Assembly: GCA_963822585.1 (NCBI GenBank)
Contig: CAWGIE010000010.1
Coordinates: forward strand, 96,001 to 160,000
DNA: 64,000 nt
From: an uncultured bacterium
GTDB taxonomy: Bacteria > Auribacterota > Erginobacteria > Erginobacterales > Erginobacteraceae
Reading direction: 5' to 3'
A program made the position numbers and the translations under genes. Shown piece by piece: positions 19,121-29,924 of this stretch. The notes below the pieces were generated by a model. It saw nothing but the letters and a program-made list of their open reading frames with translations. It was not told the DNA's origin and did no database searches. Numbering within the stretch: position 1 is the stretch's first letter; the number at the start of each line of letters is the position of its first letter.

Positions 19121-19870
19121 ATGATAGAAATCAAAGACGTTTACAAGAGCCTGGGGGGGAAAGAGGTGCTGCGGGGGTTATCCCTCCAGGTCAAGTCGGG
19201 GGAACTGATGGCCGTCATCGGGGGGAGCGGGATGGGGAAGTCGGTCCTTCTCAAGCATATCATCGGCTTCCTGAAGCCCGACTCCGGTGAAGTCCTGGTG
19301 GACGGGATATCGATCCCCGGCTGTTCCGTCAGAGAGCTCTACGAGATCAGGAAAAGGTACGGGGTGGTTTTCCAGTCGCCGGCCCTCCTCCAATCGTTAA
19401 CGGTCGAGGAAAACCTCGCTCTCCCTCTCCAGGAGCATACCGGCTACCCCGCCGAGAAGATCAGGGAGATCGTCCGGGACCGGCTGCACCTGGTCAAGCT
19501 CTTCGATGTCGAGAAGAAACTCCCGTCCGAACTCTCGGGGGGGATGCAGAAGAGAGCATCCCTGGCCCGGGCGATAGTGATGGACCCTCACCTGGTACTC
19601 TTCGATGAACCGGACATCGGCCTCGATCCGATTCTCAGCTCCACGATCGGGCATTTAATAGTTGACCTCCATGCCCGGATTGGATTTACTGCTATCGCGG
19701 TGACCCACAACATGACATTCGCTTACATGATCGCGAACCGGATCGCCATGCTCTATAAAGGGCGGATCGTCGCCATCGGGACACCGGAGGAGATCAAAGA
19801 CTGTCCCGAATCGATCGTTCAGAATTTTATTCACGGCATTCCGACGCGCGATGAGGAATGGGAGGCGTGA
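19121..19870 (+). CDS. mlaF: MlaF-family ABC ATP-binding protein
   Basis: GGSGMGKS, LSGGMQKR, LFDEP. Confidence 0.93.
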   Translation: MIEIKDVYKSLGGKEVLRGLSLQVKSGELMAVIGGSGMGKSVLLKHIIGFLKPDSGEVLVDGISIPGCSVRELYEIRKRYGVVFQSPALLQSLTVEENLALPLQEHTGYPAEKIREIVRDRLHLVKLFDVEKKLPSELSGGMQKRASLARAIVMDPHLVLFDEPDIGLDPILSSTIGHLIVDLHARIGFTAIAVTHNMTFAYMIANRIAMLYKGRIVAIGTPEEIKDCPESIVQNFIHGIPTRDEEWEA

Positions 19871-19953
19871 TTCAAGCGGGGAATTAGATTCGTATACAGC
19901 CGCGGCGCTAACGTACTGTTTCAGAATCTTAATAACAGGATAAAATCCGGTAA

Positions 19954-20177
19954 TGTAGTATCGTCCTTCCGCTGCGCGCAAGGACTTGTAGGATCAGAAT
20001 GCCTTCGGCATTCTTTGTAGGAATTGTAGAATCGCTGCCTGCCTGCAGGCAGGCGCTTGCGGGTCGGCAAGCCTTGCCGCAGGCAAGGCGATCCTACATT
20101 TACTACATCTCCTGCAAGTCCTGAACGGAGTGAAGGACGATCCTACATAAATTTGCGAACGAAGTGAGCTAATTTAT
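19954..20177. mobile_element. MITE-like element, copy 2
   Basis: Similar to 17893-18127. Confidence 0.8.
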
Positions 20178-20184
20178 ATTTAAG

Positions 20185-21576
20185 ATGGGTATCTCGGCGG
20201 AAAAGAAAGTGGGGATCGTCTTCTTCCTGGGGATCGCTCTGCTGGCGGTCTTCACCATCCTCCTCACGGACATCAATATCTTCAAAAAACAGTACACCAT
20301 CAGCGTTTCCTTCGACCAGGTCGGCGGACTGGAACGGGGGGATAAGGTCGCCCTGGGCGGCATGGTGGTGGGGGATGTCAAGGACCTGATCCAGGAGAAG
20401 GGGAAGATCCGGGTTGTCATCGGGATCGACCGGGCGATCGAGATCCCGCGGGACTCGATCTTCCGGCTGGGGGACATCGGCCTTCTGGGAGGCAAAAGGG
20501 TGGACATCGTCTGGGGCGACGAATCGACCGGATATATCAAGAAAGGGGATCGGGTCGAGGGAACAAATTCCCCGGGACTGTCGGAAGCGATCGCCAGCCT
20601 GGGTGAGGCGGGTGACAATGTCGATCAGATACTGATGTCGATCAAGGAGACGACGAACAAGATCTCCCGGGGAGAGGGAACGGTCGGGAAACTGATCTCC
20701 GAAGATGACGTCTACAACGACATTAAGAGCATCGCCGACAAGATCGCCAAAGGCGAGGGAACGGTGGGGAAGCTGGTCAACGACCGCGCGCTTTATGATG
20801 ACATCAAGAAGTTGTTCGGCGATCTCCAGCAAATGGTGGAGGAGAATCGCGGCAAGGTGGACGAGATTGTCGTTGAACTGAAGGAGACCACGCCCTCGAT
20901 CCGGGACACCATGAAGAACCTGAAGGAGATAACCGACAAGATCAACCAGGGGAAAGGGACGATCGGGAAGCTGGTCAACGAGGATGAGTTTTATACCAGT
21001 GCTCAGGGAACACTGGCCTCGGTCAATACCGCCGGCCAGAAGCTGACCGACATGCTCTCGAAGGCGGAGCGGGTCCGTATTTACATCGGGGCCGAAGCGG
21101 CCTATGATACCAGGAACAAGCATACCCTGACCAAGGCCTATATTCAGATCGAGCCCACTCCCAGCAAGCTCTACATGATCGGGTTCAGCCTGCTTTCGGG
21201 GCAGGGAACGGAGGCGTCTCAGACCGACAGCCCGGAGACGGAGATCGACGCCCAGATCGGGCTGCGGTTCTTCGATAACTTCCTGACCGTCCGGGGGGGG
21301 CTCCTGGAAGGCCGAGTGGGCGGCGGCCTGGATTTCCGGATCAAGGACGAGGACGTGGTCGCTACCATAGAAGGGCGGGCCGTCTGGACGAAGGAGAAGG
21401 ATGAGGGCATCGAACCCTTCCTTCTCCGGGCGTACGTGGACACCAATGTCTGGTGGGGTTTTTATGTGCGGCTGGGAGGAGACAACCTCCTCGACCAGCC
21501 GGGGTTCTACGGCGGCGGCGGCCTGAAACTGAGGGACGACGACATCAAGGCACTGTTCGGTTTTATCAGCATATAA
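20185..21576 (+). CDS. mlaD: MlaD/MCE-domain protein with long helical region
   Basis: N-terminal TM, FDQVGGLERGDKVALGG, GLLGG, repeated GEGTVGKL. Confidence 0.9.
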   Translation: MGISAEKKVGIVFFLGIALLAVFTILLTDINIFKKQYTISVSFDQVGGLERGDKVALGGMVVGDVKDLIQEKGKIRVVIGIDRAIEIPRDSIFRLGDIGLLGGKRVDIVWGDESTGYIKKGDRVEGTNSPGLSEAIASLGEAGDNVDQILMSIKETTNKISRGEGTVGKLISEDDVYNDIKSIADKIAKGEGTVGKLVNDRALYDDIKKLFGDLQQMVEENRGKVDEIVVELKETTPSIRDTMKNLKEITDKINQGKGTIGKLVNEDEFYTSAQGTLASVNTAGQKLTDMLSKAERVRIYIGAEAAYDTRNKHTLTKAYIQIEPTPSKLYMIGFSLLSGQGTEASQTDSPETEIDAQIGLRFFDNFLTVRGGLLEGRVGGGLDFRIKDEDVVATIEGRAVWTKEKDEGIEPFLLRAYVDTNVWWGFYVRLGGDNLLDQPGFYGGGGLKLRDDDIKALFGFISI

Positions 21577-21824
21577 TTTAATTTTCCCCCTGCCGCCGGC
21601 AGGGGGAAAATTAAATTAGTTTTGAACCATGACGGGGATCAAAAGAACAGCAACACGAAGCAGATTGATTTTATTTTCTCAGGCGAGTAATTCCAACCGG
21701 AGGTCTCATTCTGGTGACAGTGTTGAATGGAATAACAACACGTTATTCTGACGGGGAAGAAAAAAACAATGTGCTGTCGCCATGGTAACATGTTCGCTAT
21801 CCGGTATACATTGAACTATAATTA

Positions 21825-21877
21825 TTAACCTGACTGATTCATGAAAATTTTTAATTTTCATGAATCAGTCAGGTTAA
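21825..21877. repeat. Perfect 25-bp inverted repeat
   Basis: ttaacctgactgattcatgaaaatt-ttt-aattttcatgaatcagtcaggttaa. Confidence 0.9.
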
Positions 21878-21914
21878 AACTTATAAATTTGCGAGCGAAG
21901 CGAGCTAATTTATA

Positions 21915-22547
21915 ATGACGGTGGAAAAAGAAGGTTTGAAGTTCATCGGGCCGTTCCTGGTGCTGGCCGCGGTCTTCCTCTTTATCTTCTGGCAGCTGTG
22001 GCCGCTCGGCGTCCTCTTTCTTCTGCTGGCCCTGGCCGCGACGCTCTTCTTCCGGGAAAGCCGGATCGAGGGCGCGTTCGAAGATTCCCTGATCGTGGCC
22101 CCCGCCTCCGGGAAGATCATCGAGATCCGGGAAGTCCGGGAGCCGGACTTCCTGGGGGAAACGGTCAGAAAGATCAGCATTTTCATGTCCCTCTTCGACG
22201 AGCATGTCAACTACGCGCCGGCAACCGGGGAGGTCGCGTTTCTTTCCCATCGGCCGGGGGGGTTCAAGAAAGCCTACCTGGACGAAGCTTCGGAGGGGAA
22301 TGAAGCTCAGAAGATCGGTTTCCATGGGGAGGGGTGCTCCTGGATGATGAAACAGATCGCCGGGGTGATCGCCCGCCGGATCGTCTGCCGCTGCCGGGTG
22401 GGAGACCGCCTGCGGGCGGGGGAGAAACTGGGCCTGATCCGTTTCGGCTCCCGGGTGGAGCTTTTCTTCCCGCTCTCAGCCTCGTTTACCGTCTCCCCCG
22501 GGGAGCATGTCCGGGGAGGGCGGACAATCATAGGTAAAATATCATGA
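21915..22547 (+). CDS. psd: Phosphatidylserine decarboxylase
   Basis: ISIFMSLFDEHVN, QIAGVIARRI, IRFGSRVE. Confidence 0.93.
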   Translation: MTVEKEGLKFIGPFLVLAAVFLFIFWQLWPLGVLFLLLALAATLFFRESRIEGAFEDSLIVAPASGKIIEIREVREPDFLGETVRKISIFMSLFDEHVNYAPATGEVAFLSHRPGGFKKAYLDEASEGNEAQKIGFHGEGCSWMMKQIAGVIARRIVCRCRVGDRLRAGEKLGLIRFGSRVELFFPLSASFTVSPGEHVRGGRTIIGKIS

Positions 22548-23308
22548 AAAAGATCTACATCCTTCCCAATCTCTTCACCACCGCCAATATCTTCTGCGGC
22601 GTTTACTCGCTCTCCCTGATCCTCCGGGGAAACCCGGATCTCTATCCCCGGGCCGCCTGGTTCATCCTCCTGGCGATGATCTTCGACTTTATCGACGGCC
22701 AGCTGGCCCGGCTGTACCGGGCCACCAGCCGGTTCGGGGTCGAACTGGACTCCCTGGCCGATTTTCTTTCCTTCGGAGTGGTCACTACCATCCTGGCCTA
22801 CCGGGTTGTCCTGGAGCGGATGAAGGGTTTCGGGGTCGGTATCGCCTTCCTCTACATCGTCTTTTGCGCTCTTCGCCTGGCCCGCTTCAATATCCAGGTC
22901 AACAAGGAAGAAAAAACGGACTTCAAGGGGCTTCCCTCCCCGGTGGCGGCCGGTGTGCTCCTCTCGTTTATTATTTTCAACGACCACTTCCAGTTCGGTC
23001 TGGAGATGGCCATCCCTTTCCTCATGATCGTGCTCAGCGCCCTGATGGTAACCAGCCTTACCTACCCGACGCTGTTGACGCTGGATCTGAGAAAGAAACA
23101 GCCCTTCCTCTACCTGGTGGCGGTTATTTTGGTACTGGTCATCCTGATCACCCATCACCAGGTCGGGGTTTTCGTGGCTTTTATCTCGTATTTGATACTG
23201 GGTCTCTACCAGGGGATCCGGATTGCATTTCGGAAAAGACGGTTCTCCCGGTCCCGGGCGTTCCCCCGGCAGGTCCGCCATTCGGCCGGTCACGGAACGT
23301 CCGATTGA
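22544..23308 (+). CDS. pssA: CDP-diacylglycerol--serine O-phosphatidyltransferase
   Basis: LPNLFT, DFIDGQLAR..S.FGVELDSLAD, LRLARFN. Confidence 0.93.
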   Translation: MKKIYILPNLFTTANIFCGVYSLSLILRGNPDLYPRAAWFILLAMIFDFIDGQLARLYRATSRFGVELDSLADFLSFGVVTTILAYRVVLERMKGFGVGIAFLYIVFCALRLARFNIQVNKEEKTDFKGLPSPVAAGVLLSFIIFNDHFQFGLEMAIPFLMIVLSALMVTSLTYPTLLTLDLRKKQPFLYLVAVILVLVILITHHQVGVFVAFISYLILGLYQGIRIAFRKRRFSRSRAFPRQVRHSAGHGTSD

Positions 23309-23315
23309 GAGGAAG

Positions 23316-24434
23316 ATGCACGGAAAACTATTCCTGATCGGTGTGGTGTTTCTCCTGGCCGCGGTACTGCTCTTCTGGTTTCTGTTCCTGCGTCCGCGGG
23401 AGACGGGGGAGGAGATGGCTTCCGCGGTCGAGATGGTCCGGTCCGGCGATTGCCGCGGGGCCGTTCCTCTCCTGGAAAAAGTCATCGCCGATCCGCCCGA
23501 TGACGCCTCCCGGAGGGAAGCGCGCCTTCTTCTGGCCCGCTGCCGGACGCGTCTGAAAAACTACCGGGCGGCGGCCGCCCTCTGGGAAGAGCTGGGCGCC
23601 TCCGGAGACCCCGCGCTCCGGGAAGAGGCAGGGTATTATCTGGGCCTGATCGCGATGGAAGAGGGTGATCGGGAAAAGTCCCGGGAGCTTTTGCACGCCT
23701 ATCTCGATCGGTATCCCGGATCCCCCCGGCAGGGGCAGGCCCAACTCCTTCTGGCCCGTCTGACAAAAGAGGCGTCCAATCCCGCCGCCGCGGCCGTACT
23801 CTACCGGAAGGTCCTCGAATCGGCCGCCCCCGAGGAAACAGCGGCCCGGGCCCGGGCGGAACTGGGGGACCTGGACGTCGCCCTGCTCCTCTCCCCGGCC
23901 CTTGATGAGGGGAGCCGGTCCTATACCGTTCGTTCGGGCGACTCACTGGCGGCCATCGCCCTCAAGCACAACACGACGGCCTCTCTTCTGCAGAAAATGA
24001 ACAACATCTCCGGGGATATCATTCATCCCGGCCAGATGCTGAAGGTGCCGGCTAAGAGTTTCAACGTTGCCGTCAGCAAATCGAAGAATAGGCTGACCCT
24101 TTATTACGGCGGGGAATTCTTCAAGGAATATCCCGTCGGTACGGGGCGGAATAACTGCACCCCGGTTGGTGAATTCACCATCGCGACCAAGCTGGTGGAC
24201 CCGCCCTGGATTCACGGGGGGGAGACGATCCCTCCGTTCGATCCCCGCAATATTCTGGGGACCAGGTGGATGGGGTTCGGTGATCCCTATGCCACCTACG
24301 GGATACACGGCACCACCAAGCCGGAGACGGTGGGGACCCAGAGCAGCGACGGCTGCGTCCGGATGGTCAACGCGGATGTGGAAGAGCTGTTTATCTTTCT
24401 TCCCCGGGGAACCCGGGTAACAATCGAAGACTGA
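23316..24434 (+). CDS. TPR + LysM + YkuD L,D-transpeptidase
   Basis: YTVRSGDSL (LysM), YGIHGT..SDGCVRM (YkuD), N-terminal TM and TPR-like helices. Confidence 0.9.
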   Translation: MHGKLFLIGVVFLLAAVLLFWFLFLRPRETGEEMASAVEMVRSGDCRGAVPLLEKVIADPPDDASRREARLLLARCRTRLKNYRAAAALWEELGASGDPALREEAGYYLGLIAMEEGDREKSRELLHAYLDRYPGSPRQGQAQLLLARLTKEASNPAAAAVLYRKVLESAAPEETAARARAELGDLDVALLLSPALDEGSRSYTVRSGDSLAAIALKHNTTASLLQKMNNISGDIIHPGQMLKVPAKSFNVAVSKSKNRLTLYYGGEFFKEYPVGTGRNNCTPVGEFTIATKLVDPPWIHGGETIPPFDPRNILGTRWMGFGDPYATYGIHGTTKPETVGTQSSDGCVRMVNADVEELFIFLPRGTRVTIED

Positions 24435-24446
24435 TTTTATCGTCTA

Positions 24447-24926
24447 ATGGAAGATATGAACCAGGAAGGCGGAGTAAAACTCAGGAGGGCGTATCCCGGC
24501 GACGCCGAGGGTATCCGGGAGATGGTGAACCAGTACGCTGCCCAGGGAATGATGCTTCCCCGTTCCCTGTCATCGATCTATGAACGTATCCGTGATTTCC
24601 GGGTGATCGTCGCGGAAGATCGGATCCTGGGCTGCGCCGCTCTCCAGGTCTGCTGGGATGACATGGCGGAGATCAGGACCCTGGCCGTCGCTCGTGACAT
24701 CCGCCGGAAAGGGTGGGGGAGGGGGCTGGTTGAAGACTGCCTGAAGGAAGCCGTCGACCTCCGGATCCCCCGGATTTTCACGCTGACCTTCGCGCCGGAA
24801 TTTTTCCTGAAGATGGGTTTTTCCGAGATCGACAAGGAAAAGCTACCGCAGAAGATCTGGAAGGACTGTATTTACTGCCCGCATTTCCCCGACTGCCGGG
24901 AGGTGGCCCTGGTCCGCGATCTCTGA
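24447..24926 (+). CDS. GNAT N-acetyltransferase (short ArgA-like)
   Basis: MLPRS, AEIRTLAV, KGWG, LPQKIWKDC..C...C. Confidence 0.85.
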   Translation: MEDMNQEGGVKLRRAYPGDAEGIREMVNQYAAQGMMLPRSLSSIYERIRDFRVIVAEDRILGCAALQVCWDDMAEIRTLAVARDIRRKGWGRGLVEDCLKEAVDLRIPRIFTLTFAPEFFLKMGFSEIDKEKLPQKIWKDCIYCPHFPDCREVALVRDL

Positions 24927-24961
24927 TCCCCAGCCTCTCCCCCTTATTAAAACAGACGATT

Positions 24962-25258
24962 GAATGTGATTTGAATAAATGAACTGCCCTCTGCGTGTCC
25001 CGTTGAACGTTGGAAGTTGAACGTTCGGCGTTGGACGTTCGGTTTTTTCTCCCCCCGCCTCGCCCCCTTTAAATAGCCGCAAAAAGGCGCAAAAGACGCA
25101 AGAGTTCCCCTAGGCCTCTCCCCCTGATGAAAACCCCGATTAAAACTTCGGGGGAGGCCAGACGATTGTCGTAGATCCGGCAGGTTTTGACGGGAATGTG
25201 ATTTGAATAAATGAACTGCCCTCTGCGTGTCCCGTTGAACGTTGGAAGTTGAACGTTC
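24962..25258 (+). repeat. ~65-bp direct repeat (24962-25026 and 25194-25258)
   Basis: gaatgtgatttgaataaatgaactgccctctgcgtgtcccgttgaacgttggaagttgaacgttc twice. Confidence 0.9.
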
Positions 25259-25811
25259 AGTTCTTTCCCCGCGCCGGCGCGGTTTTTAGCAGATCCAGTT
25301 CCCGGATGCCGATGATGGTCTTGCTGTCCATGATCTTTCCGGCCTCGATCAGGTCCCGGACTTCCGCCAGGGGGAGGATCGCCGTTACCAGGCCGCTCTC
25401 GTCGCCGCCGGCGGCGGGACCGGGGGAGAGGTCTTCGGCCAGGTAGACGTGGATAATCTCGCTGCTGATCCCGAAGGAGGGGTAGTAGCTTCTCAGGTGG
25501 GTCAGCCGTCCGGCCCGGTAGCCGGTCTCTTCCCGAAGTTCCCGCCGGATGCAGTCTTCGGCGGCTTCGCCTTTCTCCATCTTGCCGGCCGGTATCTCCA
25601 GCGTCACCCGCCCGGCGGCTTTACGGAACTGGCGGACCATAATCACCCTCTCCCCCTCCAGCAGGGGAACCGCGGCCACCGCCCCGGGGTGTTCCAGAAT
25701 GATCCGCTTCTTCTCCTCGCCGTCCGGGTACTCAACCAGGTATTCCCGCAGGGAAAAAAACGGCCCCCGGAAAATCTCTCTACTCCTCTTGGTTATGTAT
25801 GTGTCTTTCAT
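25257..25811 (-). CDS. NUDIX hydrolase (ADP-ribose pyrophosphatase-like)
   Basis: HPGAV, QFR, EIPAG..E....RELREETG, DSKTIIG. Confidence 0.9.
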   Translation of the reverse strand: MKDTYITKRSREIFRGPFFSLREYLVEYPDGEEKKRIILEHPGAVAAVPLLEGERVIMVRQFRKAAGRVTLEIPAGKMEKGEAAEDCIRRELREETGYRAGRLTHLRSYYPSFGISSEIIHVYLAEDLSPGPAAGGDESGLVTAILPLAEVRDLIEAGKIMDSKTIIGIRELDLLKTAPARGKN

Positions 25812-26052
25812 GATAATTCGCCGCAACAGATCGGCAAATGAGAAGGCTGCCTGGAATCAACCGTACGTAGAAAGTATCTTAAAGATTTTCCCCGGAATAA
25901 AGATATTTATTCACCACGAAGGTCACGAAGGACACGAAGAATGATAGTGGGAAAAGGTTCAGCTCATATTGTGCAAGATCTTCGTGTGCTTCGTGTTCTT
26001 CGTGGTTTTAATCTTGTTTTACAATGAGATAACGTTTTCCATCCAGGCATGT

Positions 26053-26586
26053 TTAAAAACGATAGCCAACCGAAGCGGTGATCAGGTCGACGCCCCGGTT
26101 CGGGGCTTCCAGTCCGGCATTGCTCCGGTGCTCGTAGGAAGCCTGAAGCAGGAACCGGTAAAGCCGGATCCCGACGCTGCCGCGATCGATAAAATTCACG
26201 TGGGTGGGCACGCTTTCGTAGTCGGCCCCGGTATAATTGCCCCCCCCGCTGGCCAGGAGATAGAACCCGAAATCGCGATGAAGATCAAGCTCGTACTTAA
26301 GATCTACCAGGAGGCTCACTTCACCGGCGGCATCCGGCTCCCTCAGCCATCCTCCCCGCAGTTCGCAGCCGAGCGTGAAGGGGAGAGGATAGAGGAGGGA
26401 GAACCCCTGATCGGCGCCGGCCGTCAGCCAGATCCGGTAGGCGGCCGTTCCTCCCCTGGTTTCCCGGTTCCGGAGCGTGGAGACGTACCCTCCCAGAAAT
26501 AGCTCCTGTCTGATCGCGGCCCGCGCTGCCGGGGCAGAAGAAACAAGCAGGCAAAATAGGACGATGGTCGGTAATAATCGCATCAT
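26053..26586 (-). CDS. PagL-like acyloxyacyl hydrolase (lipid A deacylase family)
   Basis: Signal peptide, YEHRSNAG...NRGVD, terminal YRF. Confidence 0.8.
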   Translation of the reverse strand: MMRLLPTIVLFCLLVSSAPAARAAIRQELFLGGYVSTLRNRETRGGTAAYRIWLTAGADQGFSLLYPLPFTLGCELRGGWLREPDAAGEVSLLVDLKYELDLHRDFGFYLLASGGGNYTGADYESVPTHVNFIDRGSVGIRLYRFLLQASYEHRSNAGLEAPNRGVDLITASVGYRF

Positions 26587-26663
26587 TTAAAGATAATTCA
26601 GGTTGATTGATTTAAACGTATACTTATAATCCACTACGCTGAGTAATAAAAGGAGATAAAGTC

Positions 26664-27923
26664 ATGGGGATGACGATCGCGGAAAAAATACTGGCGGCCC
26701 ATTGCGGCCGGGAGACGGTCGAGCCGGACGAGATCGTGATGGCCAAGCTGGACCTGGTCCTGGGAAACGATATCACCGCCCCTCTTGCTATCGAGGCATT
26801 CCGGAAGAGCGGCGTGAAAACGGTTTTTGATCGAGACCGGATCGTCCTGGTCCTTGACCACTTCACGCCGAACAAGGATATCCGTTCGGCCGAGCAGTGC
26901 CGGGTGGTGAGGGATTTCGCCCGGGAGCAGAAGATCACCCATTTTTATGACGTGGGAGAGATGGGGATCGAGCACGTTCTTCTCCCCGAACAGGGGCTGG
27001 TCGTTCCCGGCGATCTGATGATCGGCGCCGACAGCCACACCTGCACTTATGGGGCGCTGGGCGCCTTCGCGACCGGGGTCGGTTCCACCGACCTGGCCGC
27101 GGCCATGATCGGGGGAGAGGCCTGGTTCCGGGTACCCCATTCGATGCTCTTCCGGTATGAAGGGGAACTCCGGCGCTGGGTGTCCGGGAAGGACCTGATC
27201 CTTTTTACCATCGGCCGGATCGGCGTTGCCGGTGCCCGGTACTGCGCCATGGAGTTCACCGGCCCGGCCGTTGCCGCCCTGTCCATGAGCGACCGGCTGA
27301 CCATGTCCAACATGGCGATCGAGGCGGGGGCCAAAGCCGGGATATTCCCGCCGGATCGGGTGACCCGGGAGTATGTGAAAAATCGCGCCCGGCGGGAACC
27401 CCGTTTTTACGCCAGCGATCCTGACGCGGAGTATCTGGAGACCCACACCATCGACGTGAGCGGGATCGAGCCGGTGGTCGCCTGTCCCAGTCTTCCTTCG
27501 AATGTGAAGCCGGTCCGGGAGGCAAAAGGGGTGCGGATAGATCAATCCGTGATCGGTTCCTGTACCAACGGTCGCCTCGAGGACCTCCGGGTCGCCGCCG
27601 GGATTCTCCGGGGAAGGAAGGTCGCCCCCACGGTGCGGACGATCGTACTCCCCGGCAGCCAGCAGGTATATCTGGAGGCCCTTCGCGAAGGCCTGATCGA
27701 GATCTTCGTGGAGGCGGGGGCGGCTGTCTCGACGCCGACCTGCGGGCCGTGCCTGGGAGGACATATGGGGATTCTGGCTGCCGGCGAGCGGGCGGTGGCG
27801 ACGACCAACCGCAATTTCGTGGGCAGGATGGGCCATCCCGAGAGCGAGGTCTACCTCGCCGGCCCGGCGGTGGCCGCCGCCAGCGCGGTCACGGGTGAGC
27901 TGACTCATCCGGACGATATTTAA
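26664..27923 (+). CDS. leuC: 3-isopropylmalate dehydratase large subunit
   Basis: DHF, GADSHTCTYG, GSCTNGR, CGPCLG, TNRNF. Confidence 0.95.
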   Translation: MGMTIAEKILAAHCGRETVEPDEIVMAKLDLVLGNDITAPLAIEAFRKSGVKTVFDRDRIVLVLDHFTPNKDIRSAEQCRVVRDFAREQKITHFYDVGEMGIEHVLLPEQGLVVPGDLMIGADSHTCTYGALGAFATGVGSTDLAAAMIGGEAWFRVPHSMLFRYEGELRRWVSGKDLILFTIGRIGVAGARYCAMEFTGPAVAALSMSDRLTMSNMAIEAGAKAGIFPPDRVTREYVKNRARREPRFYASDPDAEYLETHTIDVSGIEPVVACPSLPSNVKPVREAKGVRIDQSVIGSCTNGRLEDLRVAAGILRGRKVAPTVRTIVLPGSQQVYLEALREGLIEIFVEAGAAVSTPTCGPCLGGHMGILAAGERAVATTNRNFVGRMGHPESEVYLAGPAVAAASAVTGELTHPDDI

Positions 27924-28068
27924 TTAAACCACGAAGGACACGAAGGGCACGAAGAGTTTTAATAAATAGAACTGCCCGTTATTTATTTCCATGTCATTCT
28001 TCGTGATCTTCGTGGTTAAAATAAAGTCTCATTACAATGGCTTTCTTAGAGAAAGTCTGAGGTGAAAT

Positions 28069-28560
28069 ATGAAGCTGAAAGGCACCGTTTGGAAGTTCGG
28101 CGACAACGTCAATACCGACGAGATCCTGGCCGCCCGTTATCTGATCACCACCGATCCGGTTGAGATGGGGAGTCATCTGATGGAGGATATCCGTCCCGGT
28201 TTCAACCGGGAAATCAGCCCCGGCGATATTATCGTCGGAGGGGAGAACTTCGGCTGCGGTTCATCCCGAGAGCATGCCCCCCTGGCGATCAAAGGGGCCG
28301 GCATCTCCGCCGTGGTGGCGTCCAGCTTCGCCCGGATCTTTTACCGGAACGCCCTGAATATGGGGCTGCCGATCTTCGAGTCCCCCGACGCGCCCCGGGC
28401 CCTGGAGGAGGGGGAAGAGATTGAGATCGATGAAAGTTCCGGCCGGATTGAGAGTCTGAGCACCGGGAAGGTTTACCAGGCTTCCCCGCTCCCTCTTTTC
28501 ATGCAGGAGTTGATCAAGGCGGGGGGGCTGATTGCCTATTTGGCGAAGCAGCGTGTGTGA
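28069..28560 (+). CDS. leuD: 3-isopropylmalate dehydratase small subunit
   Basis: [27 protein letters not shown]. Confidence 0.95.
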   Translation: MKLKGTVWKFGDNVNTDEILAARYLITTDPVEMGSHLMEDIRPGFNREISPGDIIVGGENFGCGSSREHAPLAIKGAGISAVVASSFARIFYRNALNMGLPIFESPDAPRALEEGEEIEIDESSGRIESLSTGKVYQASPLPLFMQELIKAGGLIAYLAKQRV

Positions 28561-28729
28561 ACGGATTCAGTAAATCAAAATGGAATGATGGAGTGATGGA
28601 GTAATGGAGTGATGGGCTGACCGGAGGGAATCCACCACTCCAGCACTCCAGTACTCCATTATTCCTGAACAGTTAATCAAGAAGTATAACTAAATCCAGT
28701 TTCAGAAGGATATATTGAGAGGACAGAAC

Positions 28730-29794
28730 ATGTCTACTACATACCCCATCGCGGTTATTGGCGGGGACGGAACGGGACCGGAAGTGGTGGCGGAAGGGAT
28801 CAAGGTCATGGACGCCCTGGCCGGCCGTTACGATCTGAAGTTTGAATGGGAATATTATGATTTCGGCGGCGAACGGTATCTGAAGACGGGGGAAGTCCTC
28901 CCGGAGAGCGCCATCGAAGAGCTGAAACATTTCCGGGCGATCTATCTCGGCGCCATCGGCCATCCGGACGTGAAGCCGGGGATCCTGGAAAAAGGACTGT
29001 TGCTGGGTCTTCGGTTCGCTCTCGAGCAGTATATCAATCTGCGCCCGGTGAAGCTCTATCCCGGAGTGGAGACCCCGCTCAAGGACAAGGGACCGGAAGA
29101 CATCGATTTCGTGGTGGTCCGGGAGAACAATGAGGGGCTCTACCTGGGCGCGGGCGGCTTCTTCAAGAAGGGGACGCCCCAGGAGGTTGCCATCCAGGAG
29201 AGCATCAACACCCGCTTCGGGGTCGAGCGCTGTCTCCGCTTCGCCTTCGAGGCGACGCGGAAACGCGATAAGAAGAAGATGCTGACCCTCTGCGGAAAGA
29301 CCAACGTCCTGACCTACGCCTTCGATCTCTGGGAACGGGCCTTCCATGAAATCGGCGCGGCGGATTACCCGGAGATTAAGCGGGATTACGCTCACGTGGA
29401 CGCCACCTGCATGTGGATGGTGAAGAACCCGGAGTATTTCGACGTGATCGTGACCGACAACATGTTCGGCGATATCATCACCGATCTGGGGGCGATGATC
29501 CAGGGAGGGATGGGGATCGCCGCCGGGGGCAACATCAACCCGGAAGGAACCTCCATGTTCGAACCGATCGGCGGCTCCGCGCCCAAGTATACCGGGCAGG
29601 GCAAGATCAACCCGCTGGCCGCCATCGCCGCCGGGCAGATGATGGTGTCTTACCTGGGAGAGGAAGAGGCGGCGGCCGCCATGGAGAAAGCGATCATGAA
29701 AACCTGCGAGAAACTGGAGAGCCTCTCCGCCGGCAAGATGGGGTACAGCACGTCGGAAGTGGGGGACCTGGTCGCGGGATACGCGGCGGGGTGA
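28730..29794 (+). CDS. leuB: 3-isopropylmalate dehydrogenase
   Basis: GDGTGPEV, NLRP, VREN, NMFGDIITD, EPIGGSAP. Confidence 0.95.
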   Translation: MSTTYPIAVIGGDGTGPEVVAEGIKVMDALAGRYDLKFEWEYYDFGGERYLKTGEVLPESAIEELKHFRAIYLGAIGHPDVKPGILEKGLLLGLRFALEQYINLRPVKLYPGVETPLKDKGPEDIDFVVVRENNEGLYLGAGGFFKKGTPQEVAIQESINTRFGVERCLRFAFEATRKRDKKKMLTLCGKTNVLTYAFDLWERAFHEIGAADYPEIKRDYAHVDATCMWMVKNPEYFDVIVTDNMFGDIITDLGAMIQGGMGIAAGGNINPEGTSMFEPIGGSAPKYTGQGKINPLAAIAAGQMMVSYLGEEEAAAAMEKAIMKTCEKLESLSAGKMGYSTSEVGDLVAGYAAG

Positions 29795-29924
29795 TAAAGC
29801 GGTGGAGCGTTAAAATGCTGAACCGGCCGTGCCACCCATCACTCCATCATTCCATCACTTTCTCTGGGTTTGTTGTTGCCTGTCGTGGTGCCGTTTTTCA
29901 ATCAATCATGAGGGGGCATTAAAA